Source: an uncultured Fidelibacterota bacterium
GTDB taxonomy: Bacteria > Fidelibacterota > Marinisomatia > Marinisomatales > UBA1611
DNA length: 56,178 nucleotides
Direction of reading: 5' to 3'
Assembly (NCBI GenBank): GCA_902611135.1
Contig: CACLYL010000003.1
Coordinates: 1-56,178, forward strand
Shown: piece by piece, positions 39,041 through 48,304 of the stretch
How the letters are laid out: every line of letters begins with the position of its first letter
Numbering within the stretch: position 1 is the first letter of the stretch
The notes under the pieces: model-generated
Database searches by the model: none
The model's input: the letters and a program-made list of their open reading frames with translations, nothing else
What the model was told of the DNA's origin: nothing
Translations under genes and position numbers: made by a program

Positions 39041-40855
39041 ATGAATGACAACAAGAGAGCAATTTTCACCATCGCTTTTGTTTTTATCCTTGGGTTTTTT
39101 CTGATCCGTTTAAAAAAGGATTTTAATTCAAGTAAAAATTCTTCTTTCGAAATAACCGAAAAAGAAATAATGCACCATATTCAATACTTATCTCATGAGG
39201 ATAGAAAAGGCCGTAAGCCAGGGACTAGAGAATCTAGAGATGTCATTGCTTATTTAATTAAAGAATTAAAGTCCTATGACGTAAAACCAGGTGTCAAAAA
39301 CCAATCTTATACGCAACCTTTTGATATTGAAACGGGGATAGAATTAGGGGAAAATAATTTTTTAACTATCAACAGTGATAGCCTTGAGGTTAATAAAGAT
39401 TACATCCCTCTATGGTTTTCTTCGAATAAATCAGAATCTTCCACTGCTGTTTTTGCTGGATACGGATTTAATATTAATGAAGAAAATGTACAGTGGAACG
39501 ATTACGAAAATATTAATGTAAAGAACAAGTGGGTTATAGTTTTTAGGAAAAGTCCCGAAGCTGATAATGTTCACTCAGTTTTTAGAGAACACTCTAGTTT
39601 TCATAAAAAGATGCTCGTAGCTAGAGATAATGGCGCCGTAGGAATTATTTTTGTTTCACAAGTAAATGATACTACCCTATTTCCTTTAAATTATATGCCC
39701 GGGTATAAAAATGATGGAATACCGGCTATTCATATCTCTAATGAAATAGCAAATAAATTATTTAAACCACTTGGTTGGTCTCAAGAAATGATTCAAGAAA
39801 CTATGAATCGCTCCATGGAAACTGTGAATTTTGAAATACCAAATCTAACTATTGAGACCTCTATTGAATTAAAATTGACAAAGGATCGGGCAGCAAATGT
39901 AATTGGGATTTTAAAAAGCGGTAATAGAAAATATCGAGATGAATATATTGTTATTGGGGCTCATTTTGATCATTTGGGCCTAGGTGGGGAAAGATCTGGA
40001 TCCAGACAGGTAGATACTTTAGCAGTTCACCCCGGCGCTGATGATAATGCTTCTGGTGTATCAGGTCTTCTTGAAATTGCTCAAAAGATTTCTTCTTTCA
40101 AAAGTAAACTAAAACGAAGTATTGTGTTCGTTGCTTTTGACGCAGAAGAAACTGGCCTTCTAGGGTCAAAATTCTTTATTGAAAACCCTCCTTTCCCTTT
40201 AGAAAAAGTAACTGTAATGATTAATTTAGACATGATTGGAAGAATGAAAGAATCTACTTTCACTGTTGGCGGCGTAGGCACCTCACCAATTTTTGAACCA
40301 CTTCTTGATTCATTATCTTTGAATAGAGGATTCAACCTAAAGAAAACAATGGCTGGGTTCGGTCCCAGTGATCACGCATCATTCTACGCTACGAATATTC
40401 CTGTTCTTTTCTTTTTTACTGGTCTCCATACAGACTATCATACCCCAAAAGACACATGGAAACTTATTAACCCCAGTGGAGAAAAAAGACTCTTAAACTA
40501 TATCTATGAATTAGTCCTTGAATTATCAAAAAATGATAAAAGACCTTCTTTCACGGAGTCTGGTCCGAGAAGTGGGTCGATGAATAGAAACGTTCAACTT
40601 AGGGTTTCTTTAGGAATTCTACCTTCTTATACAAGTACAGAAGTTGGTTTGCAAGTCGATGGTATTTCAAAAGAAAATGGACCTGCCTCTAAAGCGGGTA
40701 TACTTAAAGGCGATATAATAAAGTCTATTGATGGAAAATTAATAAAGGATATATATGAATATATGGATAGGCTCAGCAGCCTAAAGGAAGGTATGAGTGT
40801 CCCTATTACAGTTGAAAGGGATGGGAAGGCTTTAACTTTATCTGTAACATTTTAA
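39041..40855 (+). CDS. M28 family peptidase with PA and C-terminal PDZ domains
   Basis: IGAHFDHLG, PGADDNASG, AEETGLLGS, NLDMIGR, SDHASF, DYH; PDZ LGILP...PA.KAGI.KGD.I. Confidence 0.92.
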   Translation: MNDNKRAIFTIAFVFILGFFLIRLKKDFNSSKNSSFEITEKEIMHHIQYLSHEDRKGRKPGTRESRDVIAYLIKELKSYDVKPGVKNQSYTQPFDIETGIELGENNFLTINSDSLEVNKDYIPLWFSSNKSESSTAVFAGYGFNINEENVQWNDYENINVKNKWVIVFRKSPEADNVHSVFREHSSFHKKMLVARDNGAVGIIFVSQVNDTTLFPLNYMPGYKNDGIPAIHISNEIANKLFKPLGWSQEMIQETMNRSMETVNFEIPNLTIETSIELKLTKDRAANVIGILKSGNRKYRDEYIVIGAHFDHLGLGGERSGSRQVDTLAVHPGADDNASGVSGLLEIAQKISSFKSKLKRSIVFVAFDAEETGLLGSKFFIENPPFPLEKVTVMINLDMIGRMKESTFTVGGVGTSPIFEPLLDSLSLNRGFNLKKTMAGFGPSDHASFYATNIPVLFFFTGLHTDYHTPKDTWKLINPSGEKRLLNYIYELVLELSKNDKRPSFTESGPRSGSMNRNVQLRVSLGILPSYTSTEVGLQVDGISKENGPASKAGILKGDIIKSIDGKLIKDIYEYMDRLSSLKEGMSVPITVERDGKALTLSVTF

Positions 40856-41640
40856 CCAACTCTTTTTCGTATTTCTTCAGTTAATTCTAAAACAGCCATT
40901 ACATAATTATCAGATCGATTATATGCAAAGATTGATTTCCAAATTGGCCCCCCTTTTTTGTAATCCTTACTATTAGCCTTATATCCATTTTTTCGAAGGT
41001 AGTTAGCGATGCTTGCTAACACGTCCGGCCATGCATAAGGTTCTCGGATTCCATCTTGATTAAAGTCTACAGAATAATTATTAAAACTCGATGGTATAAA
41101 CTGCCCAAAACCGAAAGCCCCTGCATAGGATCCTCCTATCTCCTGGGTGTCTATTTGGTCTTCGTAACAATATTCTAAAAATTCTGCTAATTCTTTTGAA
41201 GCCCACTTTGCCCTTCTAGGCATTTCAATAACTTGTGTATACAGTGAATTAAAAACAGAGTACTGGGAATGATGAACACCGTAGTTGCTTTCTACGCCTG
41301 CTATTGTTACAAAGATAAAGGGATCCACCTGGTACTTATTTGCTATTCTTTTAATTAAAACAATATTTTCTTTGTAAAATTTTGCACCTCTTGATATGCG
41401 CGATTCTTTTACGAAAATTTTTCTATATTTTTCCCAAGTTTGTTTTTCATAAGGCCTTGCAAATTTATCCGGGATTTCATTATAAATTTTCACTTTTTTA
41501 TGTTTAAAAGCATTACGCACAAAGGATTCAGGAACAGATCCTTTAATATTATTCATAACTTTTTCAAATGCAATATCTTGCTTGCTTGCCTGAGCATTTA
41601 AAGTGATAGTAATTAAGCAAAGGTATATTTTATTTTTCAT
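40852..41640 (-). CDS. mltB: Lytic murein transglycosylase B family (SLT_2)
   Basis: GVESNYG (catalytic Glu), GSYAGAFG.GQFIPSS, VDF..DG, SIANYL, YNRS..Y. Start ATG 41640 overlaps the upstream stop (TAATG), with a GGAG SD. Confidence 0.88.
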   Translation of the reverse strand: MKNKIYLCLITITLNAQASKQDIAFEKVMNNIKGSVPESFVRNAFKHKKVKIYNEIPDKFARPYEKQTWEKYRKIFVKESRISRGAKFYKENIVLIKRIANKYQVDPFIFVTIAGVESNYGVHHSQYSVFNSLYTQVIEMPRRAKWASKELAEFLEYCYEDQIDTQEIGGSYAGAFGFGQFIPSSFNNYSVDFNQDGIREPYAWPDVLASIANYLRKNGYKANSKDYKKGGPIWKSIFAYNRSDNYVMAVLELTEEIRKRVG

Positions 41641-42749
41641 TAATTTCTCCATTCACAAATAAAAAGGTTTGTATCCCCTTTCTTAATTTGATTTCTGTTT
41701 GAAGCAAATACTAAATATTTTCCATCTGGACTAAACATTGGGAACCCATCAAATCCATCATAAAAGGTCAATCTCTCAATATTTTCTCCGTTAAGATCTA
41801 TCGAATAAAGATCAAAGTCCCTTCCTTTTGGATCGTGCATGTTAGAGGAGAAGATGATTCGTTCACCATCTGGAAAAAAGTAAGGTCCAAAATTAGCAGA
41901 TTTATTTTTGGTTATTTGTGTTTTCTGCGATCCATCTGAATTCATAACCCATATTTGCAGAGCCATTGGTCTTATAGAATTTTCAGCAAGTAACTTGTTA
42001 TAATCATTTATTTCTTTTTCTGTTTCAGGATAATAAGCTCTCCATACGATCTTTTTTACATCAGGGCTATAAAAAGCACCTCCATCATAACCCAATCTGC
42101 TTGTCAATTGTTTTTTATTGAGACCATTCAAATCCATTGTCCACAAGTCAAGATCTCCACTGACCATTGAAGTATAGATAATTTTACTTCCATCAAATGC
42201 GACTGTTCCTTCAGCATCGTAATTATCTGAATCTGTTAGCTGGATGATATTGCTACCATCTATGGAAGATTTAAATATATCATAATCCTGATATAACTTC
42301 CAGACATATCCTGACCGATAATCTGGCTTTGGAGGGCATCTCTTTGAACCCAGATGAGTTGAAGAGTATATAAAATTTTTACAATCCGGATATTCAAAAA
42401 AGCTACAGGTCGTTACACCTTCTCCTGAAGATACCATTTTCGTCTCTCTTGTTTCGATATCCATTATGTAGATTTGGTCACAAAGTGAGTCTTCATCATG
42501 TGATTGGAAAATTAAACTTTTACTATCACTAGAAAAATAAGCCTCTGCATTTTCTCCCGAAAATGTTAACTGTTTTAGATCAATAAAATGCTTCTCCCCT
42601 GGTTGAACCAACAAGTTATTAAATTGATCATACCCTATCGACGGATTATTGTTTCTCTTCTGGATAATAATTATCATAACAATGAGAACAAACGCTAATA
42701 AAAGTATATTCTTATAATTATTCATAGATATGCCATTCAATATCGGCAT
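41640..42749 (-). CDS. TolB-like PD40 beta-propeller protein
   Basis: GENAEAYFSSD, GYDGGAFYSPD, FGPYFFPDG..IIFSSN, FDGFPMFSPDGK.LVFASNR. The start may be 42725. Confidence 0.85.
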   Translation of the reverse strand: MPILNGISMNNYKNILLLAFVLIVMIIIIQKRNNNPSIGYDQFNNLLVQPGEKHFIDLKQLTFSGENAEAYFSSDSKSLIFQSHDEDSLCDQIYIMDIETRETKMVSSGEGVTTCSFFEYPDCKNFIYSSTHLGSKRCPPKPDYRSGYVWKLYQDYDIFKSSIDGSNIIQLTDSDNYDAEGTVAFDGSKIIYTSMVSGDLDLWTMDLNGLNKKQLTSRLGYDGGAFYSPDVKKIVWRAYYPETEKEINDYNKLLAENSIRPMALQIWVMNSDGSQKTQITKNKSANFGPYFFPDGERIIFSSNMHDPKGRDFDLYSIDLNGENIERLTFYDGFDGFPMFSPDGKYLVFASNRNQIKKGDTNLFICEWRN

Positions 42750-42897
42750 TAAAGTTAAGAATATATCCTAATTATAAATTAAACTCTTTCGATCTTAATT
42801 TAAGATTCTAGATCTAAAATAGGGGCAATTAATAAATATGTGCTTTAGCACAACTCCCGACCCTCAAAACCGGCATTTTTACCCCTATTTTATTTAA

Positions 42898-43590
42898 CTA
42901 ATCACTAATTACATCATCAATTGGTTTTGCTAAGATGACCGCGCTATCATTACTAAGATCAATCTCCCAAATCATACTCAACATTACATAAAGATTTGTT
43001 TTACCATGTTTCCATCTTTGTATCGTGCTATACTTAGATTGAGAGATCGAACTTGATCTTTTTAACACATCCTCGATTTTTTTTACTCTTTTTAATTCAT
43101 CAGGGTGAATTAGATCTTCTCTATCATATCTTTTCCCAATTAACAACTCCGAATCATACCCCATTAACTCATTCCACTTTCCATCAATTTGAGTAATGAT
43201 TCCATCAGAGATTCTTCCTGCCAACAACAAAGAATCTGCCATAATTCTATTGAAAAGATCATTTTTGGGAACAATGTTACTATTTTCTATTTTTTGATTT
43301 TCTAATATTTTAATCTTCTCTTTTAGCGCAACATTCTCACGCATAAGGTAGTCGATTACTGTCCTTTGCTCTTGATCACCTTCTAGCGCTTTTGGTTGAT
43401 TTGGCGTAAACAAATTTTCTTTCATTTTATTTTCCCTTGAAATTTTTAAAAGATGCTTTGGGGGAATAGTATCTTTTGCTATCCATAAACTTAATGCTTG
43501 GGGGGAGACACCAAAGTAATCTGCAACTTCTCTCTTTCTTTTAAATCCTTTTTGATCCATTATTTCTTTAAGTATTCTTGATGTTTCCAT
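42898..43590 (-). CDS. Transcriptional regulator: cI-like HTH, coiled coil, PAS domain
   Basis: REVADYFGVSPQALSLW...IP HTH; LMRENVALKEKIKILE coil; WNELMGY..E.LIG....LIHPDE PAS. Confidence 0.75.
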   Translation of the reverse strand: METSRILKEIMDQKGFKRKREVADYFGVSPQALSLWIAKDTIPPKHLLKISRENKMKENLFTPNQPKALEGDQEQRTVIDYLMRENVALKEKIKILENQKIENSNIVPKNDLFNRIMADSLLLAGRISDGIITQIDGKWNELMGYDSELLIGKRYDREDLIHPDELKRVKKIEDVLKRSSSISQSKYSTIQRWKHGKTNLYVMLSMIWEIDLSNDSAVILAKPIDDVISD

Positions 43591-43630
43591 TTCAATTTTA
43601 TAAAATTTTAAATAAAACTTAATTAAGTAG

Positions 43631-43659
43631 TTGAAATTTTGATTTAATTACCTTAAACT
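43631..43659 (+). promoter_or_regulatory. Putative sigma70 promoter TTGAAA-N17-TAAACT
   Basis: TTGAAA 43631-43636 and TAAACT 43654-43659, upstream of 43792. The region is very AT-rich. Confidence 0.4.
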
Positions 43660-43791
43660 AAATTTATGCTTAATTAAAATTAAGTAAAAATTAAAAAGTA
43701 TCCAAGAACAACTTAATACTAAAACTCTAAAATAAAATGTTTAAATTGTTCGTATTTAATTTTTTAGATTATTTAATCAACAGGAGCGGTC

Positions 43792-45270
43792 ATGGTTTTT
43801 ACTAAAAATTTTATCATTCTAATAATATCTTGTTCCGTCTTTTTAAAGGCGCAAAATATTCTACCGGGTCAAAAAAACGCAATTAAATCACTTGCAACCA
43901 CTGCAGGATTTAGTCAGCAAGAACTTGATAGCTATTTGACTCAAAATTATGGTAAAACACTGAATAACTTATCTCAAAGGGAAGGCGCAAGTTTAATTAG
44001 TGGACTCCAAGATGGTTCTATAAAGAAGCCTTCAAAAAAAATTAAAAGCAATAAAGAACTAAACATTGCCTCAACTTTAGAATCTGGCATGAAAAAGAGA
44101 TTCCATTTTACAGATGGAACAGTAAAGGAAGGTGAAATACTCTCAATAAACGATGGTATTGTAAACCTAAAAACGGGAAGTGGTACTTTTAAATATCCTG
44201 AAGAGATGTTTTTATCCGAAACAGCAGAAATCACTAATAAAAAGGGAGAATCCTTTAAAGGTGTTGTTCTGGGTGAAACATTAGAAGAGTTTATTATACG
44301 AACACCCTTTGGCGATGCAATCGTTCAGAAAAGGGATATTCAAAATATGAAGCGTTATCATGGAGGAATTTTAGATAAAAAGTCCGACGAAAGAAGACAG
44401 TTTTATCAAAGTGAAGCGCAACTAATAGGGATTTTCAGAGACCCAACAGCCTTCCCACTTCTTGGCAATACATTTTATCTTAGTGGTTTAAGCATGGGCT
44501 ATGGACTAACTGATCGTTTTATGATCAGAACTGAATTTGGTGCAAATTTTAGCGGAGACCTTAACTTACATCCGAGGATGAGGTTCTACCATAAAAAGTC
44601 AGCCTCTAAAGAGGTTGCAGCTTCATGGGGATTTGGGCTGCATCGAAAGTATTCATCAAAAAATATCATTGGAAAGTATTCTCATGCTATTGAGGTTATC
44701 AATCCAGATGGGTCCACTACAAACTTTAATGAGCAAGAAGATTTTGAGGTTGCTGACCTAGTAAACCCTGATAGCGATAGAGGAATCTATGCAGAGGGGT
44801 ATCTTGTTTTTTCTTCAAGAAGAACTAATCCAACTGGAAGAGGAAAGGTTGGATGGACCCTGGGAACCAAAGTCAGCAATGCCTTTGTAAAGAGGAAAGA
44901 AATTATAAAAAATACTCTAGAGAACTCTGGCTCTGGTCAGATTTATCAATTTAAATGGAGCGACGATTCCAAATACAGCATTCCATTTAGAACATGGCTC
45001 GCAATAGAATATGATTTAAGAAAAGATTTAAAGTTTGTCGCCTCATCATGGATTGACAATGGTTATAAGACCATGGCCTTAGATCAAACTATAGATGACT
45101 ACTTTGGGAATGATGGTTCTCCGTCCTTTTCTATTGACTCGCCAAAAGGAGAGGCCAGCTTAATTGATTTCGACTTTGGCATATTATATGCTGTGAATGA
45201 CAACTTTAGATTCGGCATTCATTTCCAACAGCCCTACATTGATATTTATTGGGAATTTTTTGAATTTTAA
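43792..45270 (+). CDS. Exported hypothetical protein: two LSm-like beta domains and a probable C-terminal beta-barrel
   Basis: Signal peptide and CAGGAG SD. FTDGTVKEGEIL and KKGESFKGVVL repeats. Amphipathic strands with a C-terminal Phe (YWEFFEF). Confidence 0.6.
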   Translation: MVFTKNFIILIISCSVFLKAQNILPGQKNAIKSLATTAGFSQQELDSYLTQNYGKTLNNLSQREGASLISGLQDGSIKKPSKKIKSNKELNIASTLESGMKKRFHFTDGTVKEGEILSINDGIVNLKTGSGTFKYPEEMFLSETAEITNKKGESFKGVVLGETLEEFIIRTPFGDAIVQKRDIQNMKRYHGGILDKKSDERRQFYQSEAQLIGIFRDPTAFPLLGNTFYLSGLSMGYGLTDRFMIRTEFGANFSGDLNLHPRMRFYHKKSASKEVAASWGFGLHRKYSSKNIIGKYSHAIEVINPDGSTTNFNEQEDFEVADLVNPDSDRGIYAEGYLVFSSRRTNPTGRGKVGWTLGTKVSNAFVKRKEIIKNTLENSGSGQIYQFKWSDDSKYSIPFRTWLAIEYDLRKDLKFVASSWIDNGYKTMALDQTIDDYFGNDGSPSFSIDSPKGEASLIDFDFGILYAVNDNFRFGIHFQQPYIDIYWEFFEF

Positions 45271-45302
45271 TTTCAATACAGACATAGGAAAGGAGGGCTG
45301 TC

Positions 45303-45773
45303 TTGATGAAATATTTATTGTGCTTTTTGTTTGTGTTGAATAGTCTGTTAGCTCAACAGGAAACGAGTATCAATGCTATCAAAAAAATTAGACTAGACAA
45401 TCTAAAAAAAAACTATCTTAATCAAACTATTCGTTTTTACATCCCGGGTAAAATATCTGTAATAGGAGAATTAAGAGACATTACTGAAAATAATTTTATT
45501 ATTAGTGGGAAAAATGGCCCCTTGTCCTATAGCCATCAAGACGTTGATTATGTTTTTATTGATCCAACTTTTAAAGACCTAATGATGGTTTTTACAATTA
45601 GCTCTGTTGGTGCAATTTCTAGCTATATGGGCCTTTTAATTATCAAAGAAAGCGCTGATTCATCTATGAAAGGTGTTATTACTTCTACTGGAGCTGTCCT
45701 TGCTGGAATTCTTGCCCGTGCCACTTTCTATAAACCGATACGAATAGATATTTCTGGTGAAACAAAAACTTAA
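45303..45773 (+). CDS. Hypothetical exported/membrane protein (LSm-like domain plus two hydrophobic helices)
   Basis: Signal peptide and GGAGG SD. VIGELRDITENNFII...SHQDVDYVF, then Gly/Ala-rich helices. Confidence 0.6.
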   Translation: MMKYLLCFLFVLNSLLAQQETSINAIKKIRLDNLKKNYLNQTIRFYIPGKISVIGELRDITENNFIISGKNGPLSYSHQDVDYVFIDPTFKDLMMVFTISSVGAISSYMGLLIIKESADSSMKGVITSTGAVLAGILARATFYKPIRIDISGETKT

Positions 45774-46000
45774 ACTTTCTTTAATCCTACTCATTGATGT
45801 TATAGCTTGTAAATCTATAACTATTGAATCAGAAACAGGAGAAAAGGGACATTAAATTTAAATCCTAAGGATGAGCTCAAGATGTTTTTATCGGGCTGTT
45901 GTTTAGCATATTTTTTTATTTTATTTTTAACGGGTTACTAATTGCCTCATAAACATCGATATTCTGAAAATTAAACCAAAACAACTCAAGTAAACTTAGA

Positions 46001-47407
46001 ATGAATTCAGATCAACTCTTAGAAACAGTCAATACTTTTTGGGATAATCACATTACCCCAACTCTTACTGAATACATAAAAATCCCAAACAAATCTCCTT
46101 CCTTTGATCCAAAATGGGAAGAAAACGGACATATGAAAAAAGTTGTAGACTTAGCTGTTAAATGGACAAACGAGCATAAACCTAGAAACTCTATTTTATC
46201 CGTAAAGCAAACTGAGAAAAGAACGCCCATTATTTTAGTGGATATCCCAGGTGATATTGAAGGCAACATATTGATGTATGGCCACTTGGACAAACAACCC
46301 GAGATGGAAGGATGGAATAAAGGAATGGGACCTTGGATCCCAGTTATGAAAAACGGAAAATTATACGGAAGAGGCGGGGCAGATGATGGCTATGCACTTT
46401 TCTCATCTATTTTAGCTATTAATGCCCTAAGAGAGCAAAACATCTCTCTTCCGCGCATTTTAATATTAATTGAATTTTGTGAAGAAAGCGGATCGCCAGA
46501 CCTTCCACACTATATGAATTTATATGCCGATATTATTAAGGCTCCAGACCTCGTTGTATGCCTTGATTCTGGTGCTGGAGACTATAGACGCTTCTGGACA
46601 ACAACTTCACTAAGAGGGTTAATTGGAGCGACTTTAAAAGTAGAAGTTTTAACAGAAGGCGTTCATTCTGGCGGTGCTAGTGGTCACGTTCCCTCTTCTT
46701 TTAGAATTGCTCGTCAATTATTATCTAGAATAGAAAATGAGAAAACAGGAGAAGTCTTATTAGATGAACTAAAAACGAAAATTCCTGATTACAGATTAAA
46801 AGAAACAGAAGAGTTTGTTTCTGTCCTTGGAAATGAGGTTGTAGAAGAATTCCCATGGAAAGAAACAATGAAACCCTCTTCTTCCGATAATGTAGAGGGC
46901 GTCTTAAGAAGAACATGGCGACCTGCCTTATCTGTTGTAGGCGCTGATGGCCTACCTCCTTCAGCGAATGCTGGGAATGTATTAAGACCTTTTACTCAAC
47001 TTCAACTATCTATGAGAATTCCACCCTTAGTTGATCCCACCAAAGCACAAGAAGCAATGAGAAAAGCGTTAACTAAAAATCCACCATACAATGCAAAGGT
47101 CACATTACACATTGAAGAAGGTGCTTCTGGTTGGAATGCTCCAGAAACAAAGCCTTGGCTGTCTAAAGCTATGAATAAGTACTCAAAAATTTTCTTTAAA
47201 GAACCTTCAGGTTCTCTTTGTGAAGGAGGAACTATCCCTTTCATGGCGATGCTAGGAGAACAATTTCCCAAAGCTCAGTTTGTAATAACCGGAGTACTCG
47301 GTCCCGGATCAAATGCGCATGGGCCTAATGAATTTTTACATATTCCTTATGCAAAAAAACTCACTGCTTGCGTAGCATCCATATTAAGTGATTTTCGTGC
47401 TGATTAA
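46001..47407 (+). CDS. M20 family metallo-dipeptidase
   Basis: YGHLDKQP, LYGRGGADDG, EESGS, LDSG, HSG, NAHGPNE. Confidence 0.92.
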   Translation: MNSDQLLETVNTFWDNHITPTLTEYIKIPNKSPSFDPKWEENGHMKKVVDLAVKWTNEHKPRNSILSVKQTEKRTPIILVDIPGDIEGNILMYGHLDKQPEMEGWNKGMGPWIPVMKNGKLYGRGGADDGYALFSSILAINALREQNISLPRILILIEFCEESGSPDLPHYMNLYADIIKAPDLVVCLDSGAGDYRRFWTTTSLRGLIGATLKVEVLTEGVHSGGASGHVPSSFRIARQLLSRIENEKTGEVLLDELKTKIPDYRLKETEEFVSVLGNEVVEEFPWKETMKPSSSDNVEGVLRRTWRPALSVVGADGLPPSANAGNVLRPFTQLQLSMRIPPLVDPTKAQEAMRKALTKNPPYNAKVTLHIEEGASGWNAPETKPWLSKAMNKYSKIFFKEPSGSLCEGGTIPFMAMLGEQFPKAQFVITGVLGPGSNAHGPNEFLHIPYAKKLTACVASILSDFRAD

Positions 47408-48265
47408 TTGCAACTTCGACTCTTTTTAATTTTAATAGTTGCGCTATTTTCCGTTAGCTCAACTGCATTAGTCATAAGATATGTTGTAACGGTTCCGGCT
47501 TTAACGTTAGCCTTTTGGAGAATGCTTACGGCTTCTATGATGTTGTGGTCTTATGAAATCATAGAAAAAAAAGAACCACTATCAGCTATTAATAGAAAGC
47601 GGGTTTTCTTTGCAGGAGTCTTTTTAGGACTTCACTTCGCATGCTTCTTTTTGGGAGTTAGATATACATCCATAGCAAACGCGACACTCTTTGCTACCCT
47701 TGGTCCGCTGTTTACTTCAATTATTGCTTTTTTTCAAAGAAAGAAAACGCCGCCTTTAGTTTACTTAGGTCTTCTAATTGCACTCGTAGGAGTATTAATA
47801 AATCAGTATAGTGACTTAAGCTTATCTTCTGATAATTTGTTTGGAAATGCCTTGTCTTTATTGAGCTCCTTCTTCATTGCCATAACTTTTATCATTGCAG
47901 CCAAGATTAGAGAAAACACAGACAATGTTGTTTATGGAAGATCCTTATTTTTTGTTGCTTCAATAACTATCGCCATCATTTCAACTTTCACAAACAGTTC
48001 TTTATTTTCTTTTGAGAAACAACACATTTTTTGGTTTTTATTTCTTGGCTTTGTTCCTTCGATTTTAGGTCACAATATGTTAAACTATGCCTTAAAATAT
48101 TTTTCACCGACCGCTGTTGTTTCCGTTCCACTTGGAGAGCCGATTATCGCTTCATTCTTTGGTTATTTAATATTTAAGGAATTAATACCTGCAAGTTCTT
48201 TAATAAGTGCACCTATTATTCTAGGTGGCGTTTTTTTAGTGTTAAAAAGTCAGGATCGTACCTAG
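47408..48265 (+). CDS. EamA/DMT family transporter
   Basis: About 10 TM helices; LAFWR, TSIANAT, LGEPI.AS. Confidence 0.88.
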   Translation: MQLRLFLILIVALFSVSSTALVIRYVVTVPALTLAFWRMLTASMMLWSYEIIEKKEPLSAINRKRVFFAGVFLGLHFACFFLGVRYTSIANATLFATLGPLFTSIIAFFQRKKTPPLVYLGLLIALVGVLINQYSDLSLSSDNLFGNALSLLSSFFIAITFIIAAKIRENTDNVVYGRSLFFVASITIAIISTFTNSSLFSFEKQHIFWFLFLGFVPSILGHNMLNYALKYFSPTAVVSVPLGEPIIASFFGYLIFKELIPASSLISAPIILGGVFLVLKSQDRT

Positions 48266-48304
48266 ATTGATTCTAATATAAATAGAAACAACCCCATTTT
48301 AACA

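Noticed and set aside
42898-43590. Prophage repressor or LOV photoreceptor
   Set aside because: No phage genes or integrase nearby, no S24 peptidase domain, and the PAS domain lacks the GxNCRFLQ motif.
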